Part shown: piece by piece, positions 7,974-16,087 of the stretch
How the letters are laid out: each line of letters begins with the position of its first letter
Numbering within the stretch: position 1 is the first letter of the stretch
IMG/VR virus record: IMGVR_UViG_3300013131_000040
Direction: 5' to 3' (one strand)
From: an uncultured virus (IMG/VR IMGVR_UViG_3300013131_000040)
Taxonomy: Duplodnaviria; Heunggongvirae; Uroviricota; Caudoviricetes
Length of the DNA stretch: 20,000 bases
Translations under genes and position numbers: made by a program
The notes under the pieces: generated by a model
The model's input: only the letters and a program-made list of their open reading frames with translations
What the model was told of the DNA's origin: nothing
The model's database searches: none

Positions 7974-8303
7974 ATGAAGATTGTAGATTGGTTCATGGAC
8001 AAGGACACCGAGACGATTGTATCTGCTCTTAAAGACTTCCCTGTTCATGAGAATATTAACGAGATTGTCGAGTACGCCAAAGAGAATCGTATCCTGATCG
8101 AAGTGCGCACGAAGGACGATCTTATTGCGCTGCGCCTAGCGCCCGAGCTTGTTCGTCCTGCCTGGTTGAAGGAAGATATGTTCAAGTTCTCTTTCAAAGG
8201 ATGTAGGATCATTGCCCACACCCGCGGTGGCGAACAGGCCCTTAAATTCCGTGACTGGGGCTTTTCCCAGAAGGGTTCTGCGTTTACGTTCACCAAGAAA
8301 TAA
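7974..8303 (+). CDS. hypothetical protein (about 109 aa)
   Basis: Start moved to ATG 7974 (MKIVD), which follows an AGGTAGGA RBS. Confidence 0.7.
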   Translation: MKIVDWFMDKDTETIVSALKDFPVHENINEIVEYAKENRILIEVRTKDDLIALRLAPELVRPAWLKEDMFKFSFKGCRIIAHTRGGEQALKFRDWGFSQKGSAFTFTKK

Positions 8304-8345
8304 AGCGGCGCTCGATTAATATTTGGCTATTTTTTAGAGGCTCTA

Positions 8346-8585
8346 ATGCGAAAAACACTGCGTCCTATCGATCCCTCCGAACTGCAAGTAGGCAGGCGCA
8401 TTAGAATAAAGTGCCCAAGAGTTAACGAAATATTCCGCACCGATTGCGGCCATATAGATGGAGAAGTCGTAGAGCTTTTCGATGGCGGCGGCAGCATGGG
8501 CATGCAAGTAGACATTCGTAATAAAACTCAGTGGTGGCGTTGGATACCGTCAATTGACGGTGGCACCTGCGAAGAGGAAGAGTAG
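8346..8585 (+). CDS. hypothetical small beta-rich protein (79 aa)
   Basis: GAGG RBS. LQVGRRIRI...GEVVE pattern is loosely SH3/KOW-like. Confidence 0.65.
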   Translation: MRKTLRPIDPSELQVGRRIRIKCPRVNEIFRTDCGHIDGEVVELFDGGGSMGMQVDIRNKTQWWRWIPSIDGGTCEEEE

Positions 8586-8589
8586 CAGA

Positions 8590-8623
8590 ACGGGCCGGGG
8601 CTAAGGCCGGCCCCCGCCGATCC
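8590..8623 (+). repeat. dispersed 34-bp GC-rich intergenic element, copy 2
   Basis: ACGGGCCGGGGCTAAGGCCGGCCCCCGCCGATCC, starting 4 nt after a stop codon. Confidence 0.9.
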
Positions 8624-8658
8624 GGTGGAGGCGTAAGCCCGCAGCAAACCACGACTGA

Positions 8659-9066
8659 ATGAAAAGGATTGTAGATATGAACCACGGTGAGAAGTCAGCA
8701 AACGAAGCTCTGTCAGGTGTTATGGCCGAACTCTCAGTAAAGGACGGCCAGCTTCGCGCAGCATTCGTCATTCGCGATAAGCAGAATCCATACGCTGAAC
8801 CAACAACCCTCCGGGTAATGTCACTGGCTGATGTCAAATCATTTGTTGACGCAGTTCCAGATCAGGTACACTACCTGGCAATTTCAAAAGATGAGTCGCA
8901 GAAGGTACTTAAGGTAAGCCTCAGCTCGCGCTCCCAGAAGTACAACGTACACTGTGGTCAAACAAACCACATGGGATACCTTTTTGATCCAGCGCTCTTT
9001 GCTCGCCTAGAGGAAGAAGTCGGCCCAGAGCTGATGCCAGACTTCATCAGCTTTCTGTCTGAGTGA
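8659..9066 (+). CDS. hypothetical protein (about 130 aa)
   Basis: ORF after repeat copy 2. The true start may be ATG 8677, which has AAGGA 8 nt upstream. Confidence 0.7.
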   Translation: MKRIVDMNHGEKSANEALSGVMAELSVKDGQLRAAFVIRDKQNPYAEPTTLRVMSLADVKSFVDAVPDQVHYLAISKDESQKVLKVSLSSRSQKYNVHCGQTNHMGYLFDPALFARLEEEVGPELMPDFISFLSE

Positions 9067-9068
9067 CT

Positions 9069-9095
9069 GCCTCCTGCGCCTTTGAAGGCGGAGGC
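9069..9095 (+). promoter_or_regulatory. intergenic GC-rich hairpin without a U-tract
   Basis: GCCTCC (9069-9074) pairs with GGAGGC (9090-9095), inner GCCT pairs with AGGC, TTGA loop. Begins 2 nt after a stop codon. Confidence 0.45.
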
Positions 9096-9135
9096 GAATA
9101 CAGAGTAAACATCAGAATAACGAGTGGGTGGAAGA

Positions 9136-9450
9136 ATGATCAGTAGCGCAGAACAACAATTTGTTATCAAGTTGCAGGACCAGGAGGAGCTAGAGCGTCG
9201 CTATGTGCTTGATGTACTAGCTCACAAGCGCATGGAGTCTGTTGAAAAGAACGGCCCAGTCCTGGCTCCAGACAAGGTTCTAGAGGCTGTTTCTATCCTC
9301 GGTGAGGATTGTCGTCTAGAATTCCGTGATGGTATGTGGAGCATTGATCTGGGCGGTGCTGATACAAAGAAGAAGGTAAAGATCAAAGCCGAGCAGCAGC
9401 ATATTGCTCTGGCAAAGGCTATGATCATCTATGTCCGCAAGTACCTTTGA
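9136..9450 (+). CDS. hypothetical protein (about 104 aa)
   Basis: ORF in the + strand run. Start ATG 9136 or GTG 9124. Confidence 0.65.
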   Translation: MISSAEQQFVIKLQDQEELERRYVLDVLAHKRMESVEKNGPVLAPDKVLEAVSILGEDCRLEFRDGMWSIDLGGADTKKKVKIKAEQQHIALAKAMIIYVRKYL

Positions 9451-9907
9451 TTTTCCAGATCACTGCGGTCCACAGCTAGTTCCTGCCTCGGCATGGAACT
9501 CAAATCTTCGCGCAGTACTGTCTGCTGCCCGCTGGCGGGATTTTAGGCAGTCAGTATTTGCAAAGCACGGGCATGCCTGTGCCTTTTGCGGAGCACGCCC
9601 TAAGTCGCTCGATTGCCATGAGATATGGAACTACTCGATAGAGAGCGGCGAGACGACTGGCAGGCAAAGCTTGGTAAAAGTTTTACCACTGTGCAAGAGC
9701 TGTCACATGGTTTGCCACATCGGCTTTTGGTCGCTGCAAGGCAAGTTTGAAGTAGCTCTGGCGCACATGATGCGTGTGCGTAAGATAGGTCGCACTACTG
9801 CTCTTGCAGAGATAACAGCGGCCAATGCAGTATTCGAGCATCTAAGTCGATTCGACTGGATACTCGACATCGAGTCTGCAAAAGTATATATAGAGCGTGT
9901 AGAATGA
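9431..9907 (+). CDS. HNH-type zinc-binding endonuclease-like protein
   Basis: LVP..AW..NLR, W...R, CAFCG, LDCHEIW, LCKSCH..CH. This is a CxxC...HE...CxxCH HNH-like architecture. Confidence 0.8.
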   Translation: MSASTFDFPDHCGPQLVPASAWNSNLRAVLSAARWRDFRQSVFAKHGHACAFCGARPKSLDCHEIWNYSIESGETTGRQSLVKVLPLCKSCHMVCHIGFWSLQGKFEVALAHMMRVRKIGRTTALAEITAANAVFEHLSRFDWILDIESAKVYIERVE

Positions 9908-10323
9908 AGCTAGATGATTACCTGCTGAGGCATGATCCTCTGCTAGTGCTATCTCAATCGGGATGCAGCACAGAGATGCTAGAGCTTGCAAAAGTCGGAT
10001 TGTCTAGCCGCCGAAGATTTCCTAAATTCCAGATGAGCATAGGCTACGGCTTCTCGCCGTCAGCCAGTCATTGCAAACACATATATACCTGGTTCCTAGA
10101 TCCCAAAGGCAGGCCTAAACATGTTATACGACAATCTCGTACGGGCAGTCAGTACTATCTTGGCCTGTGGTTTTGCAGAAGTTTAATTGACCCTAGCGAT
10201 CAGTATTTATGCCAAGCGAAAACTATGCCCGGCGTATCGCTCAGGGGAGAGTGGATTTGGCTTTCAGATAAATCAAGTGACCTGAACAAAGGAGTAATGA
10301 ATGCATTCTTCGGAAACAGATGA
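9904..10323 (+). CDS. hypothetical protein (139 aa)
   Basis: ATGA overlap with the upstream stop. Confidence 0.65.
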   Translation: MKLDDYLLRHDPLLVLSQSGCSTEMLELAKVGLSSRRRFPKFQMSIGYGFSPSASHCKHIYTWFLDPKGRPKHVIRQSRTGSQYYLGLWFCRSLIDPSDQYLCQAKTMPGVSLRGEWIWLSDKSSDLNKGVMNAFFGNR

Positions 10324-10789
10324 GAAGTTGCCAGGCTGCTATGCCGTAAAGTACAATGGAGTTGTCTGGGCGGCCTTTAAAAAGGAAGCTCTGCTTGAGC
10401 ACTTTCACGATGTGCCAAAGATTGAAGAATCCGCAAAATACTTCGATGCAAATCCAGTATTCGATGAGAGCAACCCGATCATCGACCCCCTGCTCCGACT
10501 AGATCTAAAAGCGGGCGAAGTGCATCTAAAGTACCTTGTTTGCGACCGCACTGCCTTGGAGTTCCAATTGCGCCTGGCTGCTGGGAGCGAAGGCTTGTCA
10601 GTTCTAGAGTCAGAAATCTGCAATATCCTGGTAGATAAGCAGGAGGCCACAGACCTGCTTAGCAACCTCGTAGCCGACAAAGAGGCCAAGGAAGCTGAGG
10701 ATGCGTGGTTTGCGCTCCATGGCGAGCACTCGCAGGAAGCCTATGAAGAGAGCTGGAAAGCTTCGGGCAAGAAAGTCGGTATCTGCTGA
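10301..10789 (+). CDS. hypothetical protein (162 aa)
   Basis: AAGGAG RBS upstream of the ATG. Acidic. Confidence 0.7.
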   Translation: MHSSETDEKLPGCYAVKYNGVVWAAFKKEALLEHFHDVPKIEESAKYFDANPVFDESNPIIDPLLRLDLKAGEVHLKYLVCDRTALEFQLRLAAGSEGLSVLESEICNILVDKQEATDLLSNLVADKEAKEAEDAWFALHGEHSQEAYEESWKASGKKVGIC

Positions 10790-11226
10790 TGAAGATGAAA
10801 GACTTCCTGTACAACCAGGAACCAGAAGAAACAGTAAAGCTAGCATATGCCGCAGTGAGCGGCATTGCCAGCAAGCTTAAAATTAAGCTGCGGTCACAAA
10901 AAGACTTTGACGAACGCATGAAGTATGCGATGACCCGCGCCCGCCACAATAGGTGGCAGGTAAATAAGCCGCGGGACATCACCTCTGTCCAGGTAAGTAT
11001 CGGGGTGACTTATTACTCGCCTTGGCGTGCCACTCAGAGAGAGAGCCTATCTTACGAAGTCAGTCGCGAGTTGACAGACGCCGCTGTAAGCGATCTTGGT
11101 GCAGTGGCCGGATTGTTACCTTATGTCAGCGGATTAAAGATTGCAATTACTGTCAACGGAACGCAGGCCTGGAGACGTCAGGTAAAACTTAAGCCAACAG
11201 GCGCTATTTCAGATCTGGTGAAGTGA
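10789..11226 (+). CDS. hypothetical basic protein (145 aa)
   Basis: TGATG overlap with the upstream stop. Confidence 0.7.
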   Translation: MKMKDFLYNQEPEETVKLAYAAVSGIASKLKIKLRSQKDFDERMKYAMTRARHNRWQVNKPRDITSVQVSIGVTYYSPWRATQRESLSYEVSRELTDAAVSDLGAVAGLLPYVSGLKIAITVNGTQAWRRQVKLKPTGAISDLVK

Positions 11227-11229
11227 AGA

Positions 11230-11637
11230 ATGACTAAAGATGGCACTCGTGTATATCATGTTGATTGGGATCGGCGGGTGCTGTCTAGCATAGAATTCCT
11301 GCTAGAAGAAACTCACGAGATGCCGCCACAAGGCGTGATGTTTGAACGCCTATTGATGAAGGGCGACACTGTTGTAACAGTCTTTCGTACCGATCACCCA
11401 CGCAATAAAATGCCAGATAGCATGATGCAATATGGCGTAGGCACTCTGAAGTGGAACAAGAAATACTCCATACCAGACTTTGGCATTGACGAGTCTGGAG
11501 TATACGGCAGCCTGAGCTTTAGCTCGAAATTGCATTTTGTCTATATTAGCTGGGATTCAATCGTAGAAATTGCTGGCACACCATCTGGCGCATCAGCAAT
11601 CTGGCCCGGTTCGCAGAAAGGTGTAGATCCAACATGA
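11230..11637 (+). CDS. SspB-like ClpXP adaptor homologue lacking the C-terminal tail
   Basis: LKWNKKYSIPDFGIDESGVYGSLSFSSKLHFVYISWDSIVEI..G...WP matches the L....F.IPDL.I...GV..TLSF......C.VPW.A pattern that I recall for deltaproteobacterial/myxobacterial SspB. Confidence 0.72.
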   Translation: MTKDGTRVYHVDWDRRVLSSIEFLLEETHEMPPQGVMFERLLMKGDTVVTVFRTDHPRNKMPDSMMQYGVGTLKWNKKYSIPDFGIDESGVYGSLSFSSKLHFVYISWDSIVEIAGTPSGASAIWPGSQKGVDPT

Positions 11638-12350
11638 GTCATTATTCTCGAGTGATTCAGCACTGCTGGGAAAAGCTAATCGGAGGGCACGCTCCAACCG
11701 GAGGCTCCTATTTCTTCTCAAAAGCTGACCTCGAGAACTCATGCTCTGAGCTGGGACTGTCGATCAAGAACATCGCAGATATACGCTATACGTTTGACTC
11801 GCGGGAGCAGCTGCCTTTTTCTTCCGACTACGGCATATTGCAAGTGGGTAAGGGCAAATATGCGTTCGTCCCAGTTGATCAAAACCTGATCGAGATGCCG
11901 CAGATAGATGCTGCTATTGCGGCACAGGACAAGACGCCAGAGTTTGCAAAGAAGTACCTATCTAATGATGAGCAGTCGGCGATGACCCGACTAATGAGCA
12001 GTGGTTGCTTTAACATGTTGCCTGGATTAAAGAATGTCCAGCGGCTACAGGATCACTGGCGAACTACTTGTAGCTTTGGACAGGTTGAGATTGATGGTCT
12101 AGCATCCGGTCACGACGATAACGGAAAAGACTGCATCCTGCTTATTAGCGCAAAGCAGTATCCTGGGAAGATAAGCAAGACCTATATCTATAATCTAGGT
12201 CGTCTTGCAAAAGAGAAATTTCCCGGAGAGCAGGTAAAGCTAGTTAATGTTTATTGCACAGACGGTTGTTTTGTTGTCTGGTCCTGTACGTCCGGTGACG
12301 GGCCTGATGGGATGCGCATAACTAGCTGCACGGCTTTTTATCTGTATTAA
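11634..12350 (+). CDS. restriction-endonuclease-like (PD-(D/E)XK) protein
   Basis: KNIADIRYTF, GKGKYAF, DKTP, DEQSAM, LQDHWRTT, GQVEID...ISAK resemble a bacterial family of putative REase-like endonucleases (recalled pattern KNLGDVIYSF...DEQALL...LQNHLRTT...GQVETD...VQAK). Confidence 0.62.
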   Translation: MSHYSRVIQHCWEKLIGGHAPTGGSYFFSKADLENSCSELGLSIKNIADIRYTFDSREQLPFSSDYGILQVGKGKYAFVPVDQNLIEMPQIDAAIAAQDKTPEFAKKYLSNDEQSAMTRLMSSGCFNMLPGLKNVQRLQDHWRTTCSFGQVEIDGLASGHDDNGKDCILLISAKQYPGKISKTYIYNLGRLAKEKFPGEQVKLVNVYCTDGCFVVWSCTSGDGPDGMRITSCTAFYLY

Positions 12351-12369
12351 AGGTGGGCGGCGCCTTTTA
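12349..12369. terminator. hairpin between convergent genes, possibly a bidirectional terminator
   Basis: AAAGGTG pairs with CGCCTTT around a GGCGG loop, flanked by A and T runs, spanning the 16-nt gap between two facing stop codons. Confidence 0.5.
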
Positions 12370-13533
12370 ACCTGGAACGACAAATCGATACAGGCCGTAA
12401 TCAATGATTACTACATCACCAGTTGATGGTCTCATCATTATATTGCCGGAGTGAACATCGCCCCATTTTAAGCCGTGCCCGGACAGCCACATAAGTGTAG
12501 TGAGAAGCCTAGATTTAAGATCGTCTTCGGGTAAATGATCCATGGATCGACCTAGCGACTCGTACCTGCCACCTGCATTATGGCTAGGGTCGAACCTAGG
12601 AATCCAGTTGGTCCTAACTATCGCGAATATTAGCTCTGGAATTGTTGATCGGATCTCTTCCCATGCTTCAGCTTCTACCGGCCCACTCATCGTAGCCGCC
12701 ACAGCATCAGTTACCCGCTTTGCAAAAGCCTTGATACTGATCATTCCGCTTGTGCTATGATTAGTTAGATCGGCAACGATTGCCTTTTTTATTTTGTCAC
12801 GGAACACGCCTTCCTTGTCAGCACCGGTAGTGGAGGCCGAGGTATAATCATCGGGATCCTGCTCAAACCAAACAGAATCAAACACCTCTCTGCGCTGCTC
12901 GTTTGTAGTATACCACTTGTCAAATGCTGCTTCGACCAGTCTGACATCGGCCAAGCGTGGGTCGGCCAGGTTGATGTTGATAGAATCGGAATTAACATTT
13001 ATCTCTTCGGGGCCAGCGTGCAATGCATCGTGTATGTCTTGCTTGTATTGCTCGAGTCTTTTTAAGAAATCGTCCTCGCTCTCGTTCGGTTTTTTTCTAA
13101 TTTGTATGCCAGAGTGGTTAAGCTCGTACTCTATTCCGGCCAGTTCTTCCTGTATGCCTTCTGGCAGTTTTTGTAGCAGCTCCATGACATACCATGTGAA
13201 ACGCTTGCCGCCGGCAACTTTATAGACTATGGGCAGATGCTTTTTAATGTTCTCTGGTGCTATTGTGCGCAAATGCTGAACAAGCTTTAGTGTGTCGTGC
13301 TCATGAGAATCAGTGTCGCGCGGTTCTATTTTTATGGCCACCTGATTGCCATTTTTTGTGCCGGAGTAAAGTTTTCCAAAAGATGACGGGCTACCTATTT
13401 GTGCGTCAGAGGCGGAGTATTCAGATAGTATACTACGGATCTCTTGTTTTTCTTCGTCTACATACGGAGTGCGCTTAATATTTGTTCGCCCAGGATTCGT
13501 GGCATCATTTGCTTTTTTAAATAGAGTAAACAT
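12367..13533 (-). CDS. atypical protein-kinase-fold enzyme (ABC1/APH/RIO-like catalytic motifs)
   Basis: IGSPSSFGKLY (Gly loop), VAIK, YVMELL (hinge), GDVHSGNIM (catalytic loop), IIDYG (DFG equivalent). Start ATG 13533 with GGCGGAG RBS. Confidence 0.85.
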   Translation of the reverse strand: MFTLFKKANDATNPGRTNIKRTPYVDEEKQEIRSILSEYSASDAQIGSPSSFGKLYSGTKNGNQVAIKIEPRDTDSHEHDTLKLVQHLRTIAPENIKKHLPIVYKVAGGKRFTWYVMELLQKLPEGIQEELAGIEYELNHSGIQIRKKPNESEDDFLKRLEQYKQDIHDALHAGPEEINVNSDSININLADPRLADVRLVEAAFDKWYTTNEQRREVFDSVWFEQDPDDYTSASTTGADKEGVFRDKIKKAIVADLTNHSTSGMISIKAFAKRVTDAVAATMSGPVEAEAWEEIRSTIPELIFAIVRTNWIPRFDPSHNAGGRYESLGRSMDHLPEDDLKSRLLTTLMWLSGHGLKWGDVHSGNIMMRPSTGDVVIIDYGLYRFVVPG

Positions 13534-13690
13534 TGCGACTCCGCCTTGGAATGAGATTTTACCGATTGTCATTCTATTGAATGAAAACCAGCAAGTCACC
13601 AAATGGCTTTGCAAAGGGCTTTTACGATTAACGGCGACTTTATCTGGAGAATAATCTCAGTGTTAGAGATGCGCACTTGGTGCGTTCAAG

Positions 13691-14707
13691 GTGTCAATGG
13701 ATAAACTGATTGCCTTTTTGAGGCTAAATAAGATACAGGGGCGGGACTTCAATCTGGTACAGGAAAAATACGAAAATACTCTTACCTTTTGCCCTGACGT
13801 CGGCACCAAGCTGGCCTCAGTCGAGCGTATTGCAAAAGACTTTTCACTGTTCGTCAGCAGCGTCGGCGTGGCTCAGGTATCTCCAGTCTATAGCGAAGGC
13901 AAGATAAAGATCAGCTGGCTTCATACCGGAATTAGCAGCATGCTGCTGCCGATCCGGCCTTCGTTTTATTGCGTTCCGCTGGGAGTCGCGACCAACGGCA
14001 CTCATCGCAACATCTATCTGCCCAAGGCTCCGCATATTATGGTCGCGGGCACCACTGGCAGCGGCAAGACCTATTGGATGAATGGGGCAATCCGGTGGGC
14101 GCTTAAGCAGCAGATGAGCGTTATTGCTATTGACCCAAAATGGGGCGAGTTCGCTGGCTACAAAGGTAACGGCAAGTTCCAGCACTTGACGACCGATGCC
14201 CAGGTGCTTACTGCAATGAACGACCTGGTAGGTCGCATGGAGTTGCGGTATCAGAAAATGGCTGAACTTGGTGTAGCCGACATAATCCGGCTGAATGAAA
14301 CAACCGGCAAAAAAATGGATCCAGTCGTACTGGTAGTGGACGAGCTGGCTGACCTAGTTGGGCGACACAAAGAGCGGTTCCTTGAACCAATGCAGCGGCT
14401 GGCTCAGAAGGGGCGGGCAGCAGGGATCCATACCATATGCGCAACCCAGACGCCAACCGCCAAACTGCTTAACGGCGAACTTAAAGCCAACTTCCCTGTC
14501 AGGGTTGCATTTAGAACAGCTAGTGCTGTCGCAAGTCGGGTTATCTTAGATACTGCTGGAGCAGAAAATCTATCTGGGATGGGCGATGGAATTTGTATTT
14601 CTGAGTCAGGCGAAAGCCTGCGATTCCGTGGCTACATGATGAATTCAGGTGCGATTGAGGTCGCACCCAAGTCGATTTGGCAAATGATAAAGGAACGAAA
14701 GTCGTGA
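13691..14707 (+). CDS. FtsK/SpoIIIE-family DNA translocase motor (no membrane domain, no gamma domain)
   Basis: PHIMVAGTTGSGKT (Walker A), IDPK, VLVVDELADL (Walker B), LAQKGRAAGIH, ATQTP, KANFPVRVAF, SRVILD..GAENL.G.GD. Start is GTG 13691 or ATG 13697. Confidence 0.93.
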   Translation: MSMDKLIAFLRLNKIQGRDFNLVQEKYENTLTFCPDVGTKLASVERIAKDFSLFVSSVGVAQVSPVYSEGKIKISWLHTGISSMLLPIRPSFYCVPLGVATNGTHRNIYLPKAPHIMVAGTTGSGKTYWMNGAIRWALKQQMSVIAIDPKWGEFAGYKGNGKFQHLTTDAQVLTAMNDLVGRMELRYQKMAELGVADIIRLNETTGKKMDPVVLVVDELADLVGRHKERFLEPMQRLAQKGRAAGIHTICATQTPTAKLLNGELKANFPVRVAFRTASAVASRVILDTAGAENLSGMGDGICISESGESLRFRGYMMNSGAIEVAPKSIWQMIKERKS

Positions 14708-15099
14708 GTTTGAAGATTGCATATGCCCTTATGAAAGAGTTTCCTCTCCCGCGTATTGTTGCTGCTCTTGAGTCTGCGGACGAGGAACCTCCTGCAAGCA
14801 TGAGAGAGGACGCGCAGCGAATCGCGGCGCTACTTAGTGATATCTCGCTAGAGAATGAGCAGGTTCTGCGTGACGTGGCCCGGCTACTGATAACCACTCC
14901 GGCCCTTACTGGCCAGTTGGCCATGCGGTCGCCTGCAATCGAAGGCTTACTAGAAAATCAAGCAGTAAGTAATGCACTTGACATGCTGAAAAGCGCCGGC
15001 ATCGGGATGCTGCATGTCGCGGAGCAAAAAACAGAGCACCGTATTCCGGTGCTCAGTCGGCTGCTAAAAATGTGCCAGGAGGAGATTTCTAACCGTTGA
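14704..15099 (+). CDS. hypothetical alpha-helical protein (about 131 aa)
   Basis: GTGA overlap with the FtsK stop and AAGGA RBS support GTG 14704 as the start. Confidence 0.65.
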   Translation: MSLKIAYALMKEFPLPRIVAALESADEEPPASMREDAQRIAALLSDISLENEQVLRDVARLLITTPALTGQLAMRSPAIEGLLENQAVSNALDMLKSAGIGMLHVAEQKTEHRIPVLSRLLKMCQEEISNR

Positions 15100-15382
15100 A
15101 AACCCCGCTTTCAGTTACGTCTTCAGATGCAATATCCAGATCTTCATCTTCTGCCTCTTTGCCAAGCGCTCCCTTTAAACGAGCCCTGATCGCCTCGATA
15201 GGATCTTTCTCTGGCACCTCAGGTACAGCAGCTCCAGGTGGCATAGGCGGCATCCCAGCTGCCATGTCGGGCGGTAAACCAGCTTCTGCGGCAGGATCAG
15301 CAAGCGGTAAATCAGCAGGAGCCTCGGGTGCCGGAGCGGCAGCTTCATCATCGGCTTTGACAAACAGTTTAAAATTCAACAT
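15089..15382 (-). CDS. hypothetical Pro/Ala-rich acidic protein (97 aa), counter-oriented
   Basis: GAGG RBS. Protein-like low-complexity composition. The opposite-strand ORF is its Ser/Gly/Ala shadow. Confidence 0.7.
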   Translation of the reverse strand: MLNFKLFVKADDEAAAPAPEAPADLPLADPAAEAGLPPDMAAGMPPMPPGAAVPEVPEKDPIEAIRARLKGALGKEAEDEDLDIASEDVTESGVFNG

Positions 15383-15393
15383 AGGGCCTCATT

Positions 15394-15741
15394 ATGGAAA
15401 ACAAGTTAGATGACAAAGAAGAGCTGACTCTTTACTCCTCTGCTAAAGAATTGAGCAAAAAGATCCTGCTTGAGGGAATTATTCGTCAAGTATCGGATCC
15501 TGGGTTTGATATCATTAATTTTGCCAGACTCCTCGAACAAGACGATGGCGGTGAAAACGGGCTAAACCCTCTGCACTCGGTATTTACCCCCAATACCGTA
15601 CAGCATGCAAAAAAATTCCTGCGAGCGGTAGAGCTGCTAGATCAGTATTTCGCTTCCCTGCCAGAAGAATCCTCGGAGGATGATTCAGACTCCGAAGGCG
15701 ATAGTGATGAAATTACAGCCGAGGAAATCCATGACGACTGA
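15394..15741 (+). CDS. hypothetical protein with an acidic tail (115 aa)
   Basis: Protein-like ORF ending EESSEDDSDSEGDSDE. No clear RBS, so the start is uncertain. Confidence 0.6.
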   Translation: MENKLDDKEELTLYSSAKELSKKILLEGIIRQVSDPGFDIINFARLLEQDDGGENGLNPLHSVFTPNTVQHAKKFLRAVELLDQYFASLPEESSEDDSDSEGDSDEITAEEIHDD

Positions 15742-16087
15742 CCCCGTACAGCCTGGCACCCGAGTTCGGGTTTATAGAAACCTGCACACCGGCAATTTCT
15801 CTGTACAGTGCTGCAAAACCGGGCTAGTAATTGCCCTGGTGGCGAGCATCGAGCTGGCAAATGTCCAATTTGTTGTTCGCCAAGCGGGCCGGCTAAAGGT
15901 GTTGGCAGAGAAGAGGAAGAATGTACACGCCTTTGTAGTGGGTACCGTTACCGGCAGCGCCCCCGCGGCTAGCCGGCAAGTCAGCTACAACCCGTATAAA
16001 ATGGACTGCTTTTGTCTGGCAGAAAACGCGGAACCAATCACAGCCGCTAGCTTTGCCAGGCTTGTAAATAACAAGATTTTCGTATGA
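15731..16087 (+). CDS. conserved phage hypothetical protein (about 118 aa)
   Basis: RVYRNLH...FSV...[18 protein letters not shown]...YNPY pattern, recalled from uncharacterised phage proteins. ATG 15731 with GAGGA RBS. Confidence 0.75.
   Translation: MTTDPVQPGTRVRVYRNLHTGNFSVQCCKTGLVIALVASIELANVQFVVRQAGRLKVLAEKRKNVHAFVVGTVTGSAPAASRQVSYNPYKMDCFCLAENAEPITAASFARLVNNKIFV

Noticed and set aside
4664..8008. Many 60-120 aa minus-strand ORFs inside the topoisomerase genes, and similar ones inside other recognised genes
   Set aside because: Antisense to well-supported genes, with no motifs or RBSs.
11268..11278. GGATCGGCGGG, the reverse complement of the repeat's 3' end, inside the SspB-like gene
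   Set aside because: Only 11 nt match, on the opposite strand, in coding sequence, with no correctly spaced CTAAR or stem. Probably chance.
15096..15413. 105-aa + strand Ser/Gly/Ala-rich ORF
   Set aside because: Antisense shadow of the minus-strand Pro/Ala-rich gene, which has an RBS and a more protein-like sequence.
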